64,000 nucleotides of DNA from Octopus vulgaris (Eukaryota), in the NCBI GenBank assembly GCA_951406725.2, contig OX597830.1, forward strand, positions 66,216,001-66,280,000, read 5' to 3'. The position numbers and the translations under genes are program-made. Within the stretch, counting starts at the first letter, position 1, and each line of letters starts with the position of its first letter. Under the pieces are notes generated by a model. It was given only the letters and a program-made list of their open reading frames with translations. It was not told the origin of the DNA and did no database searches. Shown here in pieces: positions 25,275 to 38,753 of this stretch.

Positions 25275-25723
25275 CATGGTACTTTGTCGGTTATGACAAT
25301 GAGGGTTCCAGTTGACCCAATCAATGGAACAGCCTGCTTGTGAAATTAACGTGCAGGTGGCTGAGCCCTCCACAGACACATGTACCCTTAATGTAGTTCT
25401 CGGGGAGATCCAATGTGACACAGAGTGTGACAAGGCTGGCCCTTTGAAATACAGGTACACCAGCATCGGTTGTCAAGTGATGTTGGGGGGACAAACACAG
25501 ACACACAAACATATACACACCCATATATATATATACGATATATACACATATATACGACGGGCTTCTTTCAGTTCCCATCTATCAAATCCATCCACAAGGC
25601 TTTGGTTGGCCTGAGGCTATAGTAGAAGACACTTGCCCAAGGTGTCACACAGTGGGAATGAACCCAGAACCATGTGGTTGATAAGCAAGTTACTTACCAC
25701 CTTACAACACAGCCATTTCTGCA

Positions 25724-25758
<35 letters not shown>

Positions 25759-25964
25759 TCTCTCTCTCTCTTTCGGACAGGCACTGAGCAGCTATACGCA
25801 CACATACACACACGGCAGTAACTTCCACCTACCAAATTCAATCACAAAGCTCCGGTCGGCTCGGGGCTATAGTGGAAGACACCTACCCAAAGTGTCACGC
25901 AGTGGGACTGAACCCAAAACCATGTAGCTAGGAAGCAAGTTCCCTAACCACACAGCCATGCCCA

Positions 25965-26002
<38 letters not shown>

Positions 26003-26546
26003 GCACACACACACATTATATATATGTCTATCACATTTGACAAATAGTTATTGTATGAAGAGAATTCTTTCCTTTGTTATCAGAATACATTGAAATTGCC
26101 CACATTTAATTCCTATTTACTCGGTTGTAATATCTGTCTTGGCTATTGGCCAGTCCCTAGACAAATAAGACATCAGACAAGGTTGACAAGAAGTAGTTAA
26201 CCTCACTTTGTAAAAACGATGTCTGTAGAATATAAAAGAAAATGATGGCAAATTATTGTTCCAAGGAAGAGGTAAATGAAAAACACATATTCACTTCAGT
26301 AAAAGTCCAGGACATTTCTAAAAGAAGTCTATTTTATTGGTTAGTAACCCAAGAAATGATGTCTGTAAATTTAGTTGAATCAGTTAACCAAATTGATTTC
26401 AAACAATATAACTAAGTTAGTGTAAATGTTTAATATACAATCATAAATCATTTTAAACTTGCTAAAATAACATTTGAAGTGGTTTACCCGATTGAAAATT
26501 TGATTTTGAAGTGTTTGTGGTTTCATAGGGAAGATCTGATCAAAGA

Positions 26547-26935
26547 GTGGAGGCGCAATGGCCCAGTGGTTAGGGCAGCGGACTCGCGGTCATAGGATCG
26601 CGGTTTCGATTCCAAGACCGGGCGTTGTGAGTGTTTATTGGGCGAAAACACCTAAAACCCCACGAGGCTCCGGCAGGGGATGGTGGTGATCCCTGCTGTA
26701 CTCTTTCACCACAACTTTCTCTCACTCTTACTTCCTGTTTCTGTTGTACCTGTATTTCAAAGGGCCGGCCTTGTCACTCTCTGTGTCACGCTGAATATCC
26801 CCGAGAACACGTTAAGGGTGCACGTGTCTGTGGAGTGCTCAGCCACTTACACGTTAATTTCACGAGCAGGCTGTTCCATTGATTCGGATCAACCAGAACC
26901 CTCGTCGTTGTAACCGACGGAGTGCTTCCAACAAC
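26547..26935 (+). mobile_element. SINE family B, full length, TSD CTGATCAAAGA
   Basis: Direct repeats at 26536-26546 and 26936-26946. Confidence 0.92.
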
Positions 26936-27194
26936 CTGATCAAAGACTTTGCTATTAGAAATAGGAGAAAACTTTTCAAATAAAATAAAGTGGATGTATA
27001 GAAAATAAAACATTATTTTCCATCTTACTGTTAGTTTCGTTCCATTTTGAAAAATAGAAATTTATTTTATGGTTTTTTATTGTTTATAGTTTGAATTTCA
27101 TACATCAGGAGGAACCAAAATCTTTCAAGTGCTTGGGGACTCCATGAATCATAACCTTGCCATGACAATACATACTATTTTATTTTTATATTTA

Positions 27195-27503
27195 GGCACC
27201 CTTTTCAAGCCTAGCCAGGCTCATGAGCCCGGCTTCCCGGTTTCTATGGCGTATGTGTCCCCCCCTCCCCGGCTGGACGGGACGCCAGTTCATCACAGTG
27301 TTACTCAAAAAACAGGAAGAAAGAGCGAGAGAAAGTTGTGACGAAAGAGTACAACAGGGGTCGCCACCACCACTTGCTGGAGCCTCGTGGAGCTTTAGGT
27401 ATTTTCGCTCAATAAACAAACACAATGCCCGGTCTGGGAATCGAAACCGCGATCCTCCGACTGCGAGTCCGCTGCCCTAACCACTGGGCCATTGCGCCTC
27501 ACA
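27195..27503 (-). mobile_element. SINE family B head with V-domain-like tail
   Basis: Head shared with 26547 up to ...ttcctgtt, then diverges into ctgtgatgaactggcgtcccgtccagcc... Confidence 0.75.
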
Positions 27504-27694
27504 TAATATTTACATGGACAGAAAAAAGGGGATCAGCCTTTCCTAGCAATACAATGATAATTGAAGTACAGAGAACCTTATTTACCCTTAACTCATCAGC
27601 AGCACTATGATGATTTGTTCAGCTTTATCAACAGCAGCCACTTCAGTGAATAAGCTTGAGGTCCATCATCAGCAGCCAATTATAAGGATTTCTT

Positions 27695-27975
27695 TATTCT
27701 CTTTTACTCTTTTATCCTTTTATTTGTTTCAGTCATGTGACTGTGGCCATGCTGGAGCACCACATTTAGTCGAGTAAATCGACCCCCAAGACTTATTCTT
27801 TGTAAGCCTAGTACTTATTCTATTGGTCGCTTTTGCCGAACAGCTAAGTTACAGTGATGTAAACACACCAGCATCGGTTGTCAAGCGATGTTGGGGGGAA
27901 CAAATACAGACACACAAACATACACACATACACATATATATACATACATATACATACATACATACATATACATAC

Positions 27976-28020
<45 letters not shown>

Positions 28021-28180
28021 CATATATATGATGGGCTTCTTTCAGTTTCTGTCTACCAAATCCACTCACAAGGCTTTGGTTGGCCCAAGGCTATAGTAGA
28101 AGATACTTGCCCAAGGTGCCACGCAGTGGGACTGAACCCGGAACCATGTCAGCAAGCTACTTACCACACAGCCACTCCTA
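27695..28180 (-). mobile_element. SINE family A
   Basis: Family match. Confidence 0.85.
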
Positions 28181-28532
28181 CTATTCAATTGGTAATTTAT
28201 TTTACCTCTAAAATATCTGGTTATGTGCTAATGTAAGATAGCTTTTGCCTTTTATTTGTTTTAATCATTAGACTACTGCCATCCTGGGGCACCACCTTGA
28301 AGGATTTTAGTTGAATAAATCAACTTCAATTGTTAAACAGTGTAGGGTCCAAACACAGATACAAAGACACACACAAACATGAAAACATATGTGTGTGTAC
28401 ACACACACATATGTATATATTATTATTATTATTGTAATTATCATTATCAAAAATAATATGGTGGTGAGCTGGCAGAATCGTTAGCATGCTGGGTAAAATA
28501 TATATATATATATGTGTGTGTATATAAATGTA

Positions 28533-28762
28533 TTCTTTACTACCCACAAGGGGCTAAACACAGACAGGACAAACAAGGACAGACAAACGGATTAAGTCGA
28601 TTATATCAACCCCAGTGTGTGACTGGTACTTAATTTATCGACCCCGAAAAGATGAAAGGCAAAGTCGACCTCGGCGGAATTTGAACTCGGAATGTAACAA
28701 CAGACGAAATACAGCTACGCATTTCGCCCAGCGTGCTAACGTTTCTGCCAGCTCACCGCCTT
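28533..28762 (-). mobile_element. tRNA-derived SINE with Meta-domain-like core (family M)
   Basis: Minus strand GCCGAGGTCGACTTTGCCTTTCATCTTTTCGGGGTCGATAAA; copies also at 8953-9090, 32427-32660, 35323-35547, 41993-42206 and 62992-63216. Confidence 0.75.
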
Positions 28763-28777
28763 ATATATGTGTATATA

Positions 28778-28860
<83 letters not shown>

Positions 28861-28865
<5 letters not shown>

Positions 28866-29870
28866 CACAAAGCGTAAGGATGCAGAAAAACATCAACCTG
28901 CTAGAAATAAGAGCTAAAGTCTTAAACCACCATAAAGCACCAAAGTAACAGAGAAATAAAAGTAGGCGAGGAAACAGAAAGAATTAATATATTCAAAAGC
29001 ACACCTATGAAAGATTATGCTATTTAGGATATATCTACATATCCGTGTTTCGGCTTCTGAAAATTTAATCCTTAAGCCTCTTCAGTGTAGACTTCCTGGT
29101 AAAAATTCTAATCTGCCACATTATATATCCGTTAATAAACTGGTCTTGTTTTTTTGCGCCAAAAACACAGCACAAGGTGCAAGAATATTTATGAAGAAAA
29201 CATTAAAACACTAAGGTTTGAAATAAGATGCCACTACTGTTAATATCATCTATGGATAAAATTTGAAATTGATGGAATCAACGGTAGGTGTTATCAACAT
29301 AGGTGCTTCATAGGCAAATAGTGTTATTAAGATATAATATACGAATTAGCATGAAGCGTAAAGATGACGAAACTCAGGTATATAGATCTCTTAAATAGCA
29401 TAATCTTTCATACGTGTGGTCTTGATTATATCAATTCTTTCCATTTCTTCGCCTACTGTTTTACTTCTCTGTTATTTTGGTGCTTTATGGTGGTTTAATT
29501 AAGACTTTAGCCCTTATTTCTAGCAGGTTGATGTTTTTCTGCATCCTTACACTTCAAGCTAATTTGTCTATTATAGCTTAATAATGCTATTTGCCTGTGA
29601 ATCACCTATGTTATTACTGTTGATACCTTCAATTTTATCCATTAACAGTAGTGACATCTTATTTCAAGCCTTAGTGTTCGAATGTTTTGTTTATATATAT
29701 ATATATCAAATATAAATTAAAAACAATACACTGATGTAATAACAGATTGTTTATAAAGCTTGAAACACGTGTACCGCGATATCCTTTGTGTTCTGTTTTT
29801 AATTTATATTTTATACATACTCTCTCACCTCTGCCACTATCTGGCATATACAGGTGATTACACTTATCAA
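28861..29870. mobile_element. Penelope-like element remnant with direct plus inverted pseudo-LTR segments
   Basis: 28861-29052 is inverted at 29368-29563; 29195-29345 is inverted at 29563-29690. Contains hammerhead cores at 29033-29092 (-) and a decayed one at ~29731-29773 (+). Confidence 0.65.
29033..29092 (-). ncRNA. Type I hammerhead motif (stem III decayed)
   Basis: Minus strand: GTCTACA CTGAAGA GGCTT...AAGCC GAAA CACGGATA TGTAGAT; stems I and II intact. Confidence 0.6.
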
Positions 29871-29899
29871 GTATTCACTCTAAATTTACAGTACCTACT

Positions 29900-29962
<63 letters not shown>

Positions 29963-29972
29963 TATATGTATA

Positions 29973-30853
29973 CAGGGTATGATTGATAAATTATCGCCAT
30001 TTTGTAGTTTTAATTTTGCGCATGTGCATTGTTTTTGATTTTGTCAACTACACAGTATAGTAGGGTCAATTGGGCACCATCTGTGAAAAAAACAGTACCG
30101 TGACGCAATTCGCTCTGCTAGAAATTTGGAAACAACATGCAGCACTGCTGGGCTTTCATGCTGGAAGCTCCAATACAAACAATTCAGAGTGTCTGGGTGT
30201 CAATCTGAGGACAGTGCAATCTGAGGACATGTACCGAGAGTGATAAAAATCAAACATCCATGTCAACATCATGGTACTTGGAGTGATCACTAGCGATGGC
30301 AACGTTATGCCTCCATTCATGTCATATGGCCTCAGTCTCAACACGGAGGCCTACATCAAGTGCCTGGAGGAGGTAGAGCTGCCCTGGGTCAAGAGAGTGG
30401 CTGCTAGGAGACCCTATGTCTAGCAACACGACTCTGTACCATGCCGCACAAGTGAGAGAACCCAGTCATGGCTGTCAAACAATTACTGTAACCACATCAC
30501 CCCTAACATCTGGTCACCTAACTCCCCAGACTGCAATCCCCTTGAATATTATGTGTGGGGTGCAGTTGAGTGACAGACCAACAAAACTCCTTGTAACACC
30601 AAAGATGAACTGAAGGCAAGGACTATGGCAGCATTCACGAATTTAAACAAGGAGACCATCCAGAAGAGTTGCAGGAAATTCTGTAGTCATCTGGAGGCAT
30701 TGGTTGAAGCCAATGGTGATTTCATTGAATAAATTTTCTCTTCAGTATTTCAAGATATTTTTATGTAATTTTGCTAAATATATCTGTTAAAATGAGATAA
30801 GTGTTATTTTTATTTTTGTGTAATTTAGATGACAGTTTATTCACCACACCCTG
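29973..30853 (+). mobile_element. Internally deleted Tc1/mariner (maT/DD37D-like) element, copy 1
   Basis: TA-flanked TIRs CAGGGT...ACCCTG; decayed transposase motif WSPNSPDCNPLEYYVWG. Confidence 0.8.
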
Positions 30854-31708
30854 TATATATATATATATATAGATAGATATGTATACATGTGTGTGTGTGT
30901 GTGTGTGTACACACATATCAGTTACCATACAGTTTCAGTCTATCAAATTCACTCACAAGGACATTAGTCAGTCCAGAGCTTATAGGGCTTCTGTAGAAGA
31001 CACTTACTTACCCAAAGTTCAGCGTAATGGGGCTGACCCCCAAACAACAGGGTTGCAAAGTGAGTCTCTCAACCAACACATAACTTTCTCTTGTTTAGTT
31101 TAGCTTAGTTTAGTTTTTCTTCTTTATTAATAATAATAATAATAATAATAATAATTTATTTGTAATCATTCAGTCAAAAGCAAAGACAAAAGCAGGCTTC
31201 CTACAAGTTTTTATCTCTCTTTATCCCCTCGTTTTATTATCTTTTGTACAAGTTACATCGCATTTTATGTTATTTCCTTTTGTTATTTCATTAGTTTTTA
31301 CTTCCCTGTCATTGTCCTTCAAAAGCTGTCCGTAGTATTGATGCGACAGTCATTAAGAAAATATATTTCCAGTGCACAGAGCAACAGCCTGCTTTACAAC
31401 TTCCCTAACATTTTGAATAAGTGCGTAACAATTGCATTTCTACTGTTTAAAATGCATTAGCCAAGTTACTGGTACGATTGGGTGTTGTTTACATTGTGAC
31501 TACAACAAAAAAAAAAAGGAAAAAGAAAAGAAAGAATTGTAAGTAAATAAAGAAAAAAAAAGCAAAGAAAAAAAAACAACATGATAGGCAAAACTACAAA
31601 AAAGAGAAGAAAAAAAAAGAATGCAATAATAGATAAATTCTATTAACTGAAAACCTTAATCAATATTAGGGTTGAGCTGGAGATAATAATAATAATAATA
31701 AATAATAA

Positions 31709-31783
<75 letters not shown>

Positions 31784-32413
31784 GTGACGATGATGATGAT
31801 GATGATGATGACGACGACGACGACGATGATGACGAAGACGACGACAATGACAATGATGATGATGATGATGATGATATGAAGAAGAAGAAGAAGAAGAGTG
31901 TGGGAGAAGTGGGGGAATAATGAAAATAACAATGATGATGATGACTGACAACAATGATGAGGAAGAAAAAGATGATGACAATGACAAAGATGGCGACGAC
32001 GACGATGACGATTAAAATCGATAAAAGATCTTATTCTGAACCCATAAAAGACCCTCCCAAAGATAGAAGCTACCAATAAAATAACAACAACAACAACATT
32101 AAAAAAAAATAGGGAACATGCAAACCTGGCTATCATAAAACGTGAAAACAGATACGAACATCAATATCACCAAGATAACCCAACTAATACTTATAGTAGC
32201 CAGAGTAATTAACAAGAGAATGTGTGCACTTTCCACAAATACAGAAAGAGACCAGAAATTAAATGTAATGATCTCTCATTCCCTAATGAAAAGACATATA
32301 GAGAAAAAAAAAATGACAAATAATACAGATGAAACTGGAAAAATCAAAATCAAAATCATACAAATTTAAAAAAAAAATTTAAGTCATACTCAAAAATTAA
32401 AGAATGGCTTTAA

Positions 32414-32862
32414 CCCTTTCATTATTGTGGCGGCGAGCTGGCAGAAACGTTAGCACACTGGGCAAAATGCTTAGCAGTATTTTTTCTGTCGCTACGTTTC
32501 TGAGTTCAAATTCCGCCAAGGTCGACTTTGCCTTTCATCCTTTCGGGGTTGATAAATAAAGTACCAGTTACGCACTGGGGTCGATGTAATCGACTTAATC
32601 ACTTTGTCTGTCTTTGTTTGTCCCCTCTATGTTTAGCCCCTTATAGGCAATAAAGAAATATATTTTGAGATGCTCTGTGTTTCTTTCAATTATTTTAAAT
32701 ATAACAAAGAATTTAACAAAATAACTTAGTTATCATTAAGCTAGTGTTAGGAACGTAAATTGTGACTAAGGTTTGGTGGAAGATTTTGATTCAAAACTTA
32801 TGAAAACAAGACATTTGTACTCAGAGCTAGAGCCGGTTTCAGTCGGGCTGGTAACGAAAGGG
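32414..32862. mobile_element. piggyBac-like MITE containing a nested family M SINE (32427-32660)
   Basis: TTAA|CCCTTTC ... GAAAGGG|TTAA. Confidence 0.75.
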
Positions 32863-33427
32863 TTAACAAGAGATCCTTAATAAAATGACAAAAAACTAAA
32901 ATTTTAACTTCATGGAAAGTGTCAGCAATTTTAAGAATAAAACAAAATGTTTGAATCCAGTTAAAACAATTTTTGCAGTGTGATTGCAAAGCAAAGCTCT
33001 GGTAGAAGATACTTGCTGTACATTGGGATTGAAACTGAGATTATTTGGCTGCAAAGCAAAATTCTCGACCAAATGGTCATGTCTGTATCTAACATATTTT
33101 CAATGCTCCTTTGCTACATCGGCATCATCATTATCATCAACATCATCGTCGTTGTCGTCATTGTTGCCATCGTTAACATCCTCCTCCTCATCATCTCTAC
33201 CATTGCCACAATGTTCTCACAGAATATTGGCAATGAATGACCTCGCTTGTACGACAGTGAGAATCATTTTACAACTGTCATGCAATGTCATGGCATGGAG
33301 ACATAAACATACACACACTCACACACACACACACCCATACACATGCATATGTAAATATATATGCATGCGAGTGTGTGTGTGTGTGTATATATATCTGTAT
33401 ATGTTATATGTGTGTATATATATATAT

Positions 33428-33795
33428 CATCATCATCTTCGTTTAACGTCTGCTTTCCATGCTAGCATGGGTTGGACGATATGACTGAGGACTGGCAAAC
33501 CAGATGGCTGCACCAGGCTCCAATTTGATCTGGCAGAGTTCCTACAGCTGGATGCCCTTCCTAACACCAACCACTCTGAGAGTGTAATGGGTGCTTTTAC
33601 GTGCCACCGGCACAAGGGCCAGTCAGGCAGTACTGGCAACACCCACACTCAAATGGTGTTTTTTACATGGCACCTGCACAGGAGCCAGTCCAGTGGCACT
33701 GGCAACGAACTCACTCGAATGTTTTTCCATGTGCCACCGGTACAAGTGCCAGTAAGGCAATGCTGGCAACGATCACGCTCAGATGGTGCTCTTAG
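33428..33795 (-). mobile_element. (GAT)n-tailed retroelement 3' end (family C) with internal ~58 bp tandem subrepeats
   Basis: Tail ...agacgttaaacgaagatgatgatg on the minus strand; subrepeat ggtgcttttacgtgccaccggcac...ctggcaac. Copies at 6205-6398, 8063-8195, 43158-43465, 47985-48148 and 62035-62407. Confidence 0.7.
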
Positions 33796-34180
33796 TGCTC
33801 ATATATGCATATATATATATATAACTATGTATGTATGTATGTTTATATATGATGGCTGTCCACTCATGACCAAAGAAGACTGTCACTGACCATTGCCCAT
33901 GCAAAATGGCACCAGACCCCATGCATAAGGTTATTGCGCTTGTGATTGTTATACCTGTGGTTTCCATCGTCACCACACCACCCTCCTACCCATCAAAACA
34001 TTGGAAAGCGATCTCACCAGTAATTGCAGAACAGGAAATTTTAAGACCAATATGGGTTGTGCAACACCTAACAGACCCTCTCCACCCCACGGACATGATC
34101 TAGAGGCAAGTCAGGGCAAGATATCCAGTGCCACTATGGGTCACAGACTCAGGAATGTGGGAGTGCCATGATCTCAAGTA

Positions 34181-34600
34181 CAGTGTGTCCCAAAAGTAAC
34201 TGATGAGTTTCAATTCTCAATAACTTCCTTAACTTTACAAATAAACGCATGACATTTTGATACAATATAAAGGACATAATGGAAATTAATATGCACAAGT
34301 CAAATTTTGCAACACCACTACATTGTATATGTAAAAAGGACATCGCTTAAATGGCAGCCATTTTCAGATTTGCACTCCTGTGCACTTTCCAAAAATTGCA
34401 CCATAAAACCCTCAAGAGTTTCAGACCCTACTTCTCTGATTTCTCATTTGATGTTCTCTTTCAGTTGCACCAGGGTCTCTGGTTTGTTGATGTAAACCCT
34501 CTCTTTCTGGTATCCCCATAAGAAAAAATCCTGGCTAGTCAAGTTTGGTGAAGGCCAGTTGACATTGCCATAGCTGGAGATTATTCTCTCTCCAAAGCAC
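34181..34600 (-). mobile_element. Tc1/mariner (maT-like) 3' fragment
   Basis: TA|CAGTGTGTCCCAAAAG terminus; minus strand translates WPSPNLTSQDFFLWGYQKERVYINKPETLVQLKENI. Confidence 0.7.
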
Positions 34601-35874
34601 TGATGATGATGGTGGTGGTGGTGGTGGTGGTGGTGATGATGATATTACTGCTCTAATTATTTAGCCAGCTCCTTGTGAAACTGTTCAACCCATGCCAGCA
34701 TCGAAAACGGACGTTAAATGCTGAGGATATAATATTCATATATGTATATATGACGGGCTTCTTTCAGTTTTTGTTTATCAAATCTACTCACAAAGCTTTG
34801 ATCAACCCAGGGTTATAGTAGAAAACTCTTGCCCAGCATGTCATGCAGTGGGACTGAACTTGGAACCACGTGGTCGGGAAGCAAACTTCTTACCTCACAG
34901 CCCCACCTGTAAACAGAGATCCTTCATCCAGCTCAACAAGGACACATACAACATACATATTGGTTCTCTGTTGGTTACGATGACAAGGGTTCCAGTTGAT
35001 CTGATCAACGGAACAGCCTGCTCATGAAATTAATGTGTAAGTGGCTGAGCACTCCAGAGACACACAAACCCTTAATGCAGTTCCCAAGGACCCTTTGAAA
35101 TACAAGTGCTACTCACTTTTGCCAGCTGAGTGGAATGGAGAAATGTGAAATAAAGTGTCTTGCTCAAGAAGACAATGCACCACCAGGAATTGAACTCATG
35201 GCCTTATGACTGTAAGCCAAATTCCCTAATCACTAAGCCATCACACAACATATATACATATGCATGTACATACACATATACAAATGCATTCATACACCCC
35301 CATAAATTGTTATACATATATATTTCTTTGCTGCCCACAAGGGGCTAAACATAGAGGGGGACAAACATACAAAGGGATTAAGTCGATTACATCGACCCCA
35401 GTGTGAAACTGGGACTTTATTTATCGACCCCGAAAGGATGAAAGGCAAAGTCGACCTCGGCGGAATTTGAACTCAGAACGTAACGACAGACAAAATACCG
35501 CTCAGCATTTCGCCCGGTGCGCTAACGTTTCTGCCAGCTTGCCGCCTTTGTTTATACATATAGCAATACGAACACATATACACCCACACAGTGTGTACAT
35601 AAATGTACACGAAATAAAAGAATGTACTGAAAATACTCAAAATAAGAAATAAAATAAAATAAAAGCAAATATAAATGATAAATAGCAACAAAATAATCAG
35701 GAAAAATTTTGGAAAAGACAATAATTTAGAATGAAGATAAAAATGCAATCAATGGAATTGATCCTGAGTGGGGAAAAGTTTAAGAAAAAGTTTTCAAATT
35801 CCTTCACTGTTAACAAAAGATAGGATATACATACATGCATAGACACACACATATATACAGACATATACATGCAC

Positions 35875-35927
<53 letters not shown>

Positions 35928-35954
35928 GGTATATTCCTCCATTTTCTGATTTTG

Positions 35955-35997
<43 letters not shown>

Positions 35998-36112
35998 ATA
36001 TACATATACATATATATACATGTATCTATATATATTTATTATATAGAAGGAGCTTCTACAGGACTAGTACTGTTTCATTCAAGAGAAATCTTATACATAT
36101 ATATATAAATAT

Positions 36113-36143
<31 letters not shown>

Positions 36144-37017
36144 ATATATATATACACATGCACATAATGCATGTATATATTTATATACACACATGTGTGT
36201 GTATGCATCATAAATATAGATATTTTATCTGATATATTGAATTCATATGACCTGCATTGAGTACTGTTTACAAAAGAGATTACTGTAGTTGTGTGGGAAG
36301 ACCAGATGGTCAAAAATAGGCTGGTCAATAAATTTCCTTATCAATGTCATACAGTAATCATTGGTTAACTATTCTTTGAGTTACAGTAATCCATTTTATG
36401 AGGTCACGTGATCTGCAAAAACGAAAAAAAAAAATTAAAAAGGTCAATGACTGAGGCAAAGGCACTTTTGTGAGGTTGAGGAACTTAGTTGCAATTACAG
36501 GATCTGAGGTTCAATCCCACTGCGAGGTACTTTGTGCAAGCATCTTTTACTAAAGTCTCTAATAATCATCCGAGAGTCGTTTCCCTTGATTGTTAAGTTG
36601 TTGCACATATGATTGCAAGATTCTGGGTTCAAATCCCTGACTGGGCAGTACATTGTGTTCTTGAGCAAAACACTTCATTTCGTGTTGCTCCAGTTCACTC
36701 AGCTGTGAATGGGTAACCCTGTGATGGAATAAACTTCCTATTTACGGAAATATTGGCCTGCTTGCCTAGTCAACAAGGTGACAACATTTGAAGGCTAAAA
36801 CTGTGCAAAGCGCATAGTGATCAGTGATGTATAAGAACATCCGATAGTCTGGTCAATACCAGGATACCACGATACACACATGCACAATGGCCTTTCAGTT
36901 TCCATCTACCAACTATACTCACAAGGCAGAGTTTCTACAGCTGGATGCCCTTCCTAATGCCAACCACTCCGAGAGTGTAGTGGGTGCTTTTACGTGCCAC
37001 CGGCACAAGGGCCAGTC

Positions 37018-37250
37018 AGGCATATGGCATAGTGGTTAAGAGCACGGGCTACTAACCTCAAGATTCTAAGTTAGATTCCAGGCAGTGACCTGAATAATAA
37101 TAATAATAACATCAAAAAATACCTTAGGATTGCGAACCCAGGTTCGAAATTTCCCCAAGACACCTGATGAAGGCTGGAGGGTATATCAGCTGAAACGTTG
37201 TGTTAACAACAAACAAGAAGAGGACAAATATCCATCAAATGTAAATAATG
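37018..37250 (+). mobile_element. tRNA-headed hammerhead-tailed SINE (copy 2); hammerhead at 37159-37204
   Basis: ggcatatggcatagtggttaagagc...(AAT)n...GACAC CTGATGA AGGCTG...CAGCT GAAACGTT GTGTT...aatgtaaataatgt. Confidence 0.85.
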
Positions 37251-37270
37251 TCCTCTGGAGATATTTTGTA

Positions 37271-37697
37271 GGTCCAGGAGTAGCTGTGTGGTAAGTAGCT
37301 TGTTTACCAACCACATGGTTCTGGGTTCAGCCCCATTGCATGGCACCTTGGGCAAGTGTCTTCTACTATAGCTTCGGGCTGACCAAAGCCTTGTGAGTGG
37401 ATTTGGTAGATGGAAATTGAAAGCCTGTTGTGTGTGTGTGTGTGTGTGTGCTCGCGTGTGCATGTGTGTGTGTGTGTGTTTGTGTGTCTAGGTTTGTCTC
37501 CCCCCACCCAGCATCACTTAACATCATATGCTGGTGTGTTTACATCCCCATAACTTAGCGATTCAATGAAAAGAGACCGATAGAATAAGTACTAGGCTTA
37601 CAAAGAATAAGTGCTGGGGTCGATTTGCTCAACTAAAAGGTGGTGCTCCAGCATGGCCGCAGTCAAATGACTGAAACAAGTAAAAGAATAAAAGAAT
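37271..37697 (+). mobile_element. SINE family A
   Basis: Family match. Confidence 0.85.
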
Positions 37698-37699
37698 AA

Positions 37700-38204
37700 G
37701 CACAAGATCCAAATTTTGAATGAAGGGCAAAAGAAGTTTCTACTACCATAACAAATGCTTCTGCAGGTTACCAGGAAATTTATAAAGAGCAAAGAAAAAA
37801 AAGCTTCTTCTAAGGAAACAACTTCAGACTTGTTTTTTTAAAAAAGAAATCCACAAGTCTGTCTATGAGTGCTTGTGAATCAGTGATCGTGTCTACAAGT
37901 GATGATGTGTACGTGTCTAGTGTGAGTGAAAATGATGAAGAAAACCATAATAATAATAATAATATCTTTAGTATAAGTGATCTTGACATTCTTTTTACTT
38001 TATATAAAATGTTCTTTATATTCTACTGTTGTTTTATTGCCATTTCTTTATGAGTATTATAAATTTTATAGGTAAAATATTTTTCTCGGAATGAATTATG
38101 ATTTATAACATTGCTACTATGGGAAATTATTGCCCTGATTTACAAGTTTTTGCTATTCAAGCAGACTCCGGGAACAAATGAACTCATATATCTAAGCATT
38201 ACTG
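37700..38204 (+). mobile_element. Tigger/pogo-like transposon 3' fragment
   Basis: QDPNFE...VSTTITNASAGYQEIYKEQRKK...DLFFKK resembles the Tigger transposase C-terminus; ends ...actg|TA. Confidence 0.5.
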
Positions 38205-38350
38205 TATATAATTAAATAAGATTTGTAGAATGGTATGCAAAGCTCATCCATAATTATTGGCTATCTGATGTCATCATACAATGAAAAAACTCCTGCTACT
38301 GGAGGAAAGATGTTTATCCATTTTCTATTATTTATCTCACTCACTTTCTC

Positions 38351-38417
<67 letters not shown>

Positions 38418-38753
38418 TGTGAAGGTACGTGGCTTAGTGGTTAGAGCATTCGGCTCACGATTGTAAGGTCGTGAGTTTTATTCCTGGCGATGCGTTGTGT
38501 CCTTGAGTAAGACCCTTTATTTCACGTTGCTCCAGTTCACTCAGCTGGCAAAAATGAGTAGTACCTGTATTTCAAAGGGCCGGCCTTGTGACACTCTGTG
38601 TCACGCTGAATCTTCCTGAGAACTACGTTAGGGGTACGTGTGTCTGAGGATTGCTCAATCACTTGCACGTTAATTTCATGAGCAGGCTGTTCTGTTGATG
38701 GGATCAACAGAACAGCCTGCTCATGAAATTATATATATATATATATATACATA

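Noticed and set aside
26157-26223. Possible minus-strand terminal exon (TSFLQSEVNYFLSTLSDVLFV*) after ttctacag
   Set aside because: Unrecognised peptide, no upstream partner exons found, and acceptor-like motifs are common in AT-rich DNA.
26547-26620. tRNA genes at SINE heads (also 12600-12676, 4123-4200)
   Set aside because: A/B boxes are present but there is no complete cloverleaf or acceptor stem, and they continue into SINE bodies with TSDs.
31446-31480. Resemblance to miR-277 (aaatgcatta...)
   Set aside because: Only the seed-proximal bases match and no precursor hairpin is evident.
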